A DNA stretch of 64,000 nucleotides, taken from Sphagnum compactum (lineage: Eukaryota). Of this stretch, positions 52,900 to 61,914 are shown one piece after another. Every line of letters begins with the position of its first letter. Positions within the stretch are counted from its first letter, which is position 1. The position numbers and the translations under genes were made by a program. The stretch spans positions 31,424,213 to 31,488,212 of the forward strand of contig OZ234493.1 of assembly GCA_965153455.1 (NCBI GenBank). Reading direction: 5' to 3'. The notes under the pieces were generated by a model. The model saw nothing but the letters and a program-made list of their open reading frames with translations. It did no database searches and was not told the origin of the DNA.

Positions 52900-55430
52900 T
52901 TGCCTCTAAACCTTGCAAGACGAAGCACATGCAGGGCAGATGAGAAAAACTGGCAAACCTTATATCACACATTGTGTAGCTACACTGGTAAGATCCTTGC
53001 AGCCTTGGTTCCAGCTCATGGGGAAATGGGTATGTTATATATGTCTGCTCCCTTTCAAATCCTTCTTGGGTTGCTTCTCTCAAATTCCAATGACCAACGA
53101 GTTGAAAGGTCGTGTGTGAAGTTGATGTGGTTTTGTGGCAGCTTCTACAATGGCATAGGAGAATTGCAGCACAAGGGATGATAAATGGCCTCAGTCCTGC
53201 AGAGGTTAGTCTGTTTGTGCATGCTGTGTCATGGATAATGCATCACCTGCTGTGGAGATGGTGATCCAGCAGTTTGTAGTATTCGAGTCATTCATATGAT
53301 CCATGTTACCAGGTCCTTGCTGAATGTGGACTTGAGATCTGTCACCATTCTGCTGTTTAGGGTTTAGGGTTTAGGGTCTGTGTTTGGGCCTCCTAAAATG
53401 TTAGTGTAGCCAATGGACCAAGAAAAGTATAACCTCAAAAGCTCAAATCTGCATTAACACTGCTGAAAAGCAGAGACAGAAACATGAATGTGCAGAGGTT
53501 ATTCAAGCACAGAAGCAACAAACAGAGTGCAGTTGTCAGTGGATGGATAATCAAATTGTCTCATGTTTCTACAACTGCTGGCTTCTGATCTCTGTTCTTT
53601 TCGCTGTACAATGTAATATACAGCTATGCTTTTGCTAGCATCCAAGGCTTGTGCTGTGGCACAAGAGACTCTTGCCATTTCATTCGCATCATGGTTGAGA
53701 GTTTGTGCTGTGAAAGCTTTGTGAACCCTAAACCCTTTGTTTTGCTGTTTTTACATGTGAGTCTTTTCTCTGGCAAGTCCCATAGGGGTACAAGCCAGCT
53801 CACATTGTGAAAAAAGTAGATGGAGTCTCAGGGATAGCATGCAGGAGTTCCTTGAAATGGTCAATCTTTCTGAAGAAAAGTACTTGAGCTGAGAGGAACC
53901 TTGTGTGTGCACTTTTGCAGCCACAAACTTTCCATCAGTTGAGGGCTGAGCTGGCAGCCACCTGGAGCCCACACAAGGACTGGAGGCACTTGTGGAGAAT
54001 CACCAAGTGGGCCAAGTGACATGCTCTTTTGTATGGGGAGCAGCTGGAGCAAGAGCTGGAGTGAAAACATGGCCCAGAAGATGATGAAGAGCAAGGCGAA
54101 CACGCATTGTAAGGTGAACATCATGCTTTTTTCCATTCTCCAAATGTGTATTGTATGTGGAAGTGAACACTTTTTCTTGTCTGCCACATTTTCCTAGCAC
54201 ATATGCCATGTCAATTACAGAGATGTTTTTCACACCTGATGTTCTGAAATCATATGATGCAGCATGAGGCCAGCATCCTTTCATCTGCTTTTCTTGCTCA
54301 CTTTCAAATTGGGTATCTTGTGGGTAATTTGTTTATGACTTTCATTGCATAACAGAGTCTGTTCTTGCTCTTGGTCATGTATTAAGAAGCCTAGAGGGTG
54401 CAGATGTGAAGGAAAGGGCTAGGAGTGGATCAAGTGTTATGATACATGGGCATTGTGTTTGGTGGTGGGAGATGGTGGGGGTAAGTAAGCTGCATGTGGT
54501 TGCTACAATCTTCTGAGAATTGTTGACAGGTACTGATCAAACCTGTTTGGTATTGTGCCCAATTACATGCAAAGTGGTTATCAGGTCTCTCCTTTGTATT
54601 CTTTCTACTAGCTGCTATTTCTTGTTGTGGAAGCCTTCCTAAATCATAATTCAGCAACTGTGGAATGCAACTATAGGAAGAACCATATCACTACTTTGTG
54701 AGTCGGACTGGCATAACTGATTGAAATTTTTGGTATCACTTGCAGTCACTCCATACAGCTGTAAGGGGTCCTGATGGTGGACCTCTTGAAGTACACATTC
54801 GAACACAGGTCTGATCCTTTCCCTGTCAGCTTTGGATATGATATAGCAGTAAATGCACATTGGAAAGAAAGCTGTAGCTGCTTGTCACTTGGGTAATGAA
54901 AGAAAACACTCAAAAACTTATGCCCATCTACACAAGAAGGTACAATGTTGCTGCAGATTGCACACTTCATGCCAAACACATTGCTGGATAGTATATGTAT
55001 CTGTGGATTTCATTTCATCAGTGGATAAAATAAGAGGATGTTGTCTCCTGGTGAATTTTTGTTGTCCAGGTTTCAGACCCATAGTGGCTTGCTCCTGGAC
55101 ATGGGGACTGGAGCACTTGCTTGGAGAAGTAAGTGCACATTGTGCAGGGATGGATTGTTACACAAGGTCTGTATCTTTGCTTTCAGTACACAGTAATTTG
55201 CATGTGGGTAGCTCAACAGTTATTGTTTATATGGTTTCCTAGGATCACCTGAATTCAGCAGCATTAACTGAAGTCCTCAGTATCTGCTGACCATCATGTA
55301 CATGCTGGCAGGCAGCAATGCAGCAGACATTGCCTGTTGCATGGGCATGGATGGGCAGATCATGTTCATCAATTGCTAAGTTGCATTTCCACTCTGGGAC
55401 GGGGATCTTGTGGAAACACAGTTACAATGA
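52900..55430 (+). pseudogene. Unprocessed RelA/SpoT homologue (RSH, (p)ppGpp synthetase/hydrolase) pseudogene
   Basis: Collinear exon remnants, mostly with AG/GT borders: AHAGQMRKTGKPYITHC/TGKILAALVP (~52925-53029), LLQWHRR...LSPAE (53142-53204), YALLASKACAVAQETLAI...LCFAVLH (53624-53756), PQTFHQLRAELAATWSP (53921-54113), M*RKGLGVDQV/YDTWALCLVVGDG...CYNLLRIVDR (54404-54529), SLHTAVRGPDGGPLEVHIRTQ (54746-54808), TYAHLHKK (to 54939), VSDP*WLAPGHGDWSTCLEK/CTLCRDGLLHK (55070-55166) and TGS-like GSNAADIA...DGDLVETQLQ* (to 55430). Many stops, frameshifts and missing exons. Confidence 0.85.
53356..53376 (+). repeat. Interstitial plant telomeric repeat (TTTAGGG)3
   Basis: Read directly. A second tract, AACCCTAAACCCT, lies at 53724-53736. 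Confidence 0.9.
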
Positions 55431-56225
55431 GCCCTGTCAGTTGGACCAACCATATAGAGAGAGAAAGAACCCACTCCCTGATTTATTCTTTGGTCTGTGG
55501 AAATGAAAGAAATGTACAAAAGAGAAAGAGCAAAGCATTATCTTTATCAACAGCTTGACATGGATTCCTTTGTTACCAATACATGATCATAAGCAAAAAA
55601 AATAGGAAGCTGTCTATTCATTATTCCACCTCTTCTGAGCGTTTCCATTACACATTAGAGGCTTCCCCCCATACTCTCTCAATAACCACCCCAGTTCCAG
55701 TATCCATAGCTGCAATTCTACATCACATGCCAAGTACGGAGAAGAAACCTTCCAAATCTAAACAAGCCTATAGAATTGTACACTGACACCTTCTCCCAAC
55801 AAATGGAGTCCCCATCTTCTATTCATTTGAACTGTCTTTATTATATTCATTGTGTGCAAAATGTTGACCTTTTGGAACTCAAATCCAGTTCTTATTTTGC
55901 TCTGAGAAGCATCCTTGCTGAACTTAAAACTATGTACGCTGTGATGGGAGATGCAAGACAGACAATTGAAACTCATCGGGTCTACAATCCTTCACCTGAT
56001 ATTCTCTGTGGTGTGGAGATGCAATGCAACTTTGTAATCTGATATCTGTAATCCTTTGGACATTGGGGGAGGATCTGGCGGAGCCGTGGGCTGGCCATGA
56101 ACTGGATCTGACTAATGGTCATTATCGGATGTAATTGGCACTTGGGGAAAGATTCTGCCACATAATTAGGGACTTTGTCAGTGCCAGAATCATATGCAAT
56201 TGAAAAAGAGCAGGTGAAGGGTGGA

Positions 56226-56478
56226 ATCTCTCCTGAGTGACAATTATGCTGACCCTATGAAACCGAGGGAGAAGGGCAGAAGCTCTCCTGAGTGACAATT
56301 CTGTTGACCCTAAGAAACCGAGGGGGGCGAATTGCAGCATCTCTCTTATGTTGACCCTATGAAGCTGAGGGAAAAGCACAGAATCTCTCCTGAGTGACAA
56401 CAATGCTGACCCTATGAAACTGAGGGGGGTGAAGGGCATGGTCTCTCTCATGTTCACCCTAAGAAACCGAGGGTGAAG
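56226..56478 (+). repeat. Imperfect tandem repeat, five cores
   Basis: Five copies of TG(C/T)T(G/C)ACCCTA(T/A)GAA(A/G)C(C/T)GAGGG; three are preceded by CTCTCCTGAGTGACAA. Confidence 0.8.
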
Positions 56479-56829
56479 CGCATTTCATGTTATATGGTTT
56501 TTTTCAGGACTGCCCCCATGATGGGTCAGAATTGGTTCTTTGTTTTTTTTTTCCCTTAACTACCCGTCAAAAGGTCCATATACCCTGAAACTTACCCGCC
56601 GGTTCTTTTCTGGAAAAGGAGAGGATTGCCCATCACTGGTTGAATGTTGAAGTCCTTCATAATTGAATGGAAGCTGATTAGTTAAATAAATAATTAATTA
56701 ATTAATTAATTCAATTTTGTGCTTTCCCCAAAAAAGCTTTGTAAAAGGGCAAATGGAAATTCAACCTCCTTTGATTGCCTTTTTATAGGATTTTTTTATA
56801 ATGATTTAACAATAAATGAGATCACTCCT

Positions 56830-57115
56830 TCTTTCTTTTTTCCTGGCCATATATTAACCAAAAAAGCTATATTAAAAAATTAAAAGTGGTAAAAAAATAA
56901 AATCATGTGTTTTTTAAAAAAGATTTTTAATAGCCAGACTTTGACTAAGATTTAAGAAACAAATGGCCAGATTTTCTATTCATGGTTTGCATAGATAGCC
57001 AAAAAAATAGAGAAGGATATTTAAACTTTTTTGCAGTTTTCATATTTATCTTATAGCCAGCTAAATCTTCAAGTGGATGGATCATCACCACTTTGGCTAC
57101 AACACAAAATTAACA
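56830..57115 (-). mobile_element. MITE-family copy
   Basis: CTAAATCTTCAAGTGGATGGATCATCACCACTTTGGCTACAACACAAAATT is the reverse family core. A further partial forward copy lies at ~58455-58630. Confidence 0.55.
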
Positions 57116-58758
57116 AAAATCATTAATAAATAATTTAATAATAATAATAATAATAGTAGTAGTAGTAGTATTGCTCATCTAGACTCTACATGCATTTGCT
57201 TCCCTAGTAGGGAGTTTTTGTCCTACATACCTACCTACCTACCTGCCTACCCACCTACCTACCTACCTGCCTACTTGCCTATAGGACCTATCCTTTTGGA
57301 CAGATTTCCACATGGCTTTGCTTACCTGTAGCCACTTATTGTCCTACCTACCTCTAAGACCTTATCCTATAAAGGATGGGTTTCCAAGGTGGAACTCATT
57401 TGGGGTTCATCCACAAACTTGTCAGTCATTCATTCATTAAAGGCTTCCAATGGATGGATGATTTCGGGTTTTTTTTTTTTTTTTTTTTTTAAATTTTCCC
57501 TCCAGTTTCATGATATAAAAAATATGGCAAGTTTTTTTTTTCCCACAAACTTTGACCCCAAAAATAATAAAAATTATTATTATTATTATTTTGGTTGAAA
57601 AACAGAAAATTCCCTGAAGGTGGGATCTTGCAAACCATCAATTGGTGGTTGGGCTATTTTAGTGTTGATTTTCTTGATAATGTGGTTCATCCATTCATCC
57701 ATTCATTCATCCTTTCATTCATACATTCATTCATGCTTTGGTGGTGACCATATGCCTTATGTTCAAAATTGCTTGTCCGACTATCCCCGGAGGAGCCCAC
57801 AATCGGCCCCGAACCAGACAAACAAGCCACCCACCAACCCAATTATACAATTGGGTAATCGGTTTTGGTTAAGGTTCAGAAAGTACGATTGGCGGGCGGA
57901 AGGAAGGAAATATGAGCATCATAGCCACCCACTCTACCACCTTATAAGTGCAACCGCCGGCCGTGCATGATTTATTTTGCATGTAAGGGGGGGGAGTTAG
58001 TAGTAGTAGTAGGCCCTAGATTCATTCACATTGATATATATATATTAGAAAAAAAAGCATGATTGATCGGGTTTCCGATTCACCCGATACGTAGTATATA
58101 TAATGTTACCCTACAATACTCAACTACAACTCATATATCAAATTGGGGACCATCGGGGTAGTACGTACTTACTCGAAAGTCACCAATAAGAAAGAGGCGG
58201 GCGGGTGGCCGGCCAACCAACGGAGAAGAAGGTCATCGGATGAAGATTGGATGACACTCATGTCACCCCTCCTGAATTTTTATTTTGTCTTTATGTTTTT
58301 ATCCTTCATGGGCTTGATGATATAATAAGGAAAACAAGTATTATTCCAAAATTGAGTCTTTCTCAATCACATATTGATCAACTTTCTTTTTCTTTCCTTT
58401 AAAATTTAAAAAAAAACCTTCTCCCTTTAAATTTGTGACATACTAGTTAGTAGTAGTGGGTTGGTGATCGTGTACAAGAGGATTTAGCCAAATTTGGCTA
58501 GAGGGAAAATAGAAAAAAAATTAGGATTCCTCATATAACTTGGCAACTTGTTGAAAGTTGAGACCTATTTTCTAAATATGGCGACTTTAATATTCTTTAT
58601 CTTCATAATGTGGCGACTTGGACCCATTTTTTCCAAAAATAAAAATAATAACATTTTTATTTATGTTAAAAATAAATAACATAATATTTTCATTCAAATG
58701 GTGAATGCAACATCTCACCTTACACTTGGTAGAAGATTGAACGATGAGATTATAAACA

Positions 58759-58860
58759 TCCTACTATATAGTAAGTGAAGTACCTTGAAGCTACTATATT
58801 CGATGATGGTTTTCAACAACAATATCCTTGCCTTGGTAGGCAAGGCCAACAAAGACCAAG
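58759..58860 (+). mobile_element. ~100-bp mini-Helitron candidate
   Basis: A|TCCTACTATATAGTAA at the 5' end, perfect hairpin CCTTGCC-TTGGTA-GGCAAGG, and end GACCAAG|T (degenerate CTAG). Confidence 0.45.
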
Positions 58861-59608
58861 TCTTTTAACACAACCAGCTAGTGACAAATTTGGATTCTAA
58901 GTTGTAACATGAATGACTCATTGTTGGGGGAATTGAACCCCAATTTCAATGAGACTATGCCCAATGCACAACAATTTTCCTACAGCCCACAAATTGGAAC
59001 CCAATTTGACCCCCCAATTACATCACAACTTACAAGTACAAGACTCAAGCCTTCAAGCACCAAATTGTAGGTAAGAACAATGGTAAAACACAAACACAAA
59101 CCTCAAACCCTTCCTCGATCCACTCATTGTAGTCCTTTGTTGACCGACACACTTGCATACCACATGGAGTTCAAAAGGAATTTGTGAAAATGGAATACCA
59201 ATGAGTCAATACACGTAGTTTCAGCAAAGAAAATAGGACCCAAATTATCCCTACATTATATGTTAACAAACTCAAAAGTGCCCCAACAAAAAGAGGACTT
59301 AACAATTTGCAAGTAAGTACCTAGTTCCAATAGAAAGGGCACTTAGCAACTTGTAAGTAGAAACCTAGATGCCTCCACTAGTAAGGCATTTGTCTTCAGG
59401 AATCAACACAATATCATGTTTTTGTGCTTGTCCATTGGTTGATGGCCTCTTCAAAGGGAAGTTTTGAAATGTGTAGAAGCATTGCGCATAGAATTGAATG
59501 CACAAATCCAAATGGGTGGTCTCAACTTGTTTTTCATGAACGTTCTTTTTGAAAAACATTGCTTGTCTTCTATAGACCCAAAGACTTGAACACAAGCTAT
59601 TTTAGCTA

Positions 59609-61914
59609 CACCGGTTTCCGTAATTAATGTTACTCACATTATTTGTGAACAGTGTTTTTACACATCGCTTTCCGTTATTAATGTTAATAACCTTAATAGC
59701 GCGTTAACATTAATACAGGCGTAATCTAAATAATGTTAATAACATTATTTAAATCGATACCTAATTAATGTTAATAAGAGAAAACTGTATTTTGGCGGTT
59801 ACGAAACTGCTACAGTTTTACATTAATATTTATTGTTGTGATGTTACGGAGGATGAAGCGCTTGATCACGCGAAACGCGACGGAGGCAGTCTGCTGAGGT
59901 TTAATCGCGCAACGGGGCGTCGTCATCATGCGGATCCAGATCCGGTACAGCAAGACCTTCGAAATGTTGACGATGTTTTTCAATGATGATTTGAAGATTG
60001 CGATTGAGTTGTTTTTCATGCCATTCTCCTGTGATGTCGAGGGACAGCCCGCAGCGAATCATCGCCTTACGGGCGTAAGTCAGGCCGGTTTGATCGCGTT
60101 GCTCGTTTACCCGACGAACTGCTTTGGCAGCCATGCGCAAAAAAAACGATTTTTCGGGATTTTGAAGCGCGCCAGATCCTTCACGCCAGAGGCCATCCTT
60201 GATGGCTTTGAACTTATAGTCGTCCCAAATCTCCATCCAGGCATCCTTGATCTTCGAGATCACGAACGAATCGCACGGCTGAATCTTGTCGGTCGCGGCA
60301 ACCACCAAGTAGCGAAGAGTGGCATTGCTCAACTCCAACGTTGCGTGCATGTTCCCATTACCGTCATCGTGATGGCCGTTGAAGTTGTCCACAAATATCA
60401 CTCTCTGCTTGGACCGATCGGCTGCATGTCCGCGGTAGTGAGCACGTGGTTCTTGGAGGTATTGCGCCCACAGCTTCTGCGTGATGAAACCCTTCTTGGT
60501 CGTCCTGTAGCAGACTCCAGGGACGTCATCAGGTACTCCGCGAATAGGATAGCTTTCGCTGGCGTTCTGGAAAATGACACATGGATTACAGATTCTTGCA
60601 TGTGGCCCGCCCGTTAGCCGAATCATCAGCGTCATTCCCATGCCGCCAGATACTACATCAGCGTACTTGACATCATTGTCACCGCGAAATCCCAGTGTCT
60701 TGCCGTTGTCCAAGTTGACCTTGCAATGCGTTTCATCGATGTTCTCAACCAGGTTCTCATCGAACGTACCAGCGCGAAATTCTCTCGCAAGCTGTCCGAG
60801 ATGGAATGCGATTTGCTTGTCGATATGTTGCTGACGAGTAGGGCTCAGCATCAACTTGCCAGTTTGAGCTCGACCGACGATATTGTTGACCGTCTGAAAA
60901 CGCTGAATCCATCTTATATCGATGCGATCAATGATAGTGGTGCCCTTGTGCTGTAGGTTGGGAGGGAAATCAGGATGATTCATCTCTACCAGGATGTCCT
61001 TCGCGAGGCAAACCAGTAGCTTCGGACTGAACTTCACGCCCATTTTGCGATAGCGGTCAAATTCGTCGACAATGAGAGGATACAGCCAGTCGACCCATGG
61101 AGCCCGCTTTGGTCCTCGACCAGGGGCAGCTTTTGTGAGCACCTTCTTGGCTTTCCCCGGCTGCGCAGAGTTGCAGGATACCATGTTGTCATGATCGTCA
61201 CGGATCTGTAGAATAGTAGCGCGTTTTTCCCACCAGCGTGACGACTTCATGATCGTCGCAGATGTCGTCCCTCGAAAATGCTCGGGGAACGCCTTGACGG
61301 TTCGTGCGTGCAGTCCTTTTTCCCCGTTCGCTTCGTTGTCATTGATCATCCACTCAACAACTCTAATGCGAGTTTGCTGAGTTGTGACTGCGGTAGGACG
61401 CTTTTTCTTTCCCAGAGCACGAGGATTGTCGGCGAGCTGTTCGCCAACGATGACGCGGTCATTGTTCGCAACAATTATCACGTCATTGGCTGCGCCATTC
61501 GGGTCCAATGGTTCGGGTGGCTCCTTTTCGTCATCGGCAGCCTGACGTTGACGAGCAAATGCACGAACAATGGGAGACGGGGAAAACACCGACAAACGTA
61601 CTGCTCCACGTTGTATATCCCGTGAGGATTGAGAGTTCGACGGTGCAGACATGGCGAAGAGAACGCTTTCGGAGCGAGAAGGAGCTGGGGAAGCAACAAA
61701 GGTATGGGACTATCGTTGAAGAAGAAGTGTTCGAAAATATTTGAACATACGTCAGTGCCAGCTGGCGCCACTTTGCAGTCTGCAACCCTTACAACGAGCT
61801 GTAGCAGTGCAGCTGCCTTCTCGTCCCAAGATCCCCCATTCCTCCATTAATGTTAATAACATTAAATGGGAACTAACATTAATTTGGTATTAACATTAAT
61901 TACGGAAACCGGTG
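59609..61914 (-). mobile_element. Full-length Tc1/mariner-superfamily, pogo-type DNA transposon (2306 bp)
   Basis: Perfect 24-bp TIRs CACCGGTTTCCGTAATTAATGTTA (59609-59632; reverse complement at 61891-61914), TA on both sides (59607-59608, 61915-61916), subterminal TAATGTTA repeats and a single intact transposase ORF. Confidence 0.95.
59901..61652 (-). CDS. pogo-type DDE_1 transposase (583 aa) with a CENP-B-like HTH region
   Basis: Intronless ATG-to-stop ORF. Catalytic motifs ENIDETH, VIFVDNFNGH and KIQPCDSF, with 38 residues between the second and third Asp. HTH-like GRGPKR...WIQRF; basic KKKRP is a candidate NLS. Confidence 0.9.
   Translation of the reverse strand: MSAPSNSQSSRDIQRGAVRLSVFSPSPIVRAFARQRQAADDEKEPPEPLDPNGAANDVIIVANNDRVIVGEQLADNPRALGKKKRPTAVTTQQTRIRVVEWMINDNEANGEKGLHARTVKAFPEHFRGTTSATIMKSSRWWEKRATILQIRDDHDNMVSCNSAQPGKAKKVLTKAAPGRGPKRAPWVDWLYPLIVDEFDRYRKMGVKFSPKLLVCLAKDILVEMNHPDFPPNLQHKGTTIIDRIDIRWIQRFQTVNNIVGRAQTGKLMLSPTRQQHIDKQIAFHLGQLAREFRAGTFDENLVENIDETHCKVNLDNGKTLGFRGDNDVKYADVVSGGMGMTLMIRLTGGPHARICNPCVIFQNASESYPIRGVPDDVPGVCYRTTKKGFITQKLWAQYLQEPRAHYRGHAADRSKQRVIFVDNFNGHHDDGNGNMHATLELSNATLRYLVVAATDKIQPCDSFVISKIKDAWMEIWDDYKFKAIKDGLWREGSGALQNPEKSFFLRMAAKAVRRVNEQRDQTGLTYARKAMIRCGLSLDITGEWHEKQLNRNLQIIIEKHRQHFEGLAVPDLDPHDDDAPLRD

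Noticed and set aside
53356-53376. True telomere or chromosome-fusion scar
   Set aside because: Only three units, within a collinear pseudogene.
59928-60617. 229-aa antisense ORF as a second transposon gene
   Set aside because: No recognisable motif and a non-ATG start; long antisense frames are expected opposite GC-rich coding sequence.
59609-61914. Microbial contamination or misassembly as the source of the GC-rich block
   Set aside because: TIR/TA ends are exact and the flanks rejoin into one host-type hAT reading frame.
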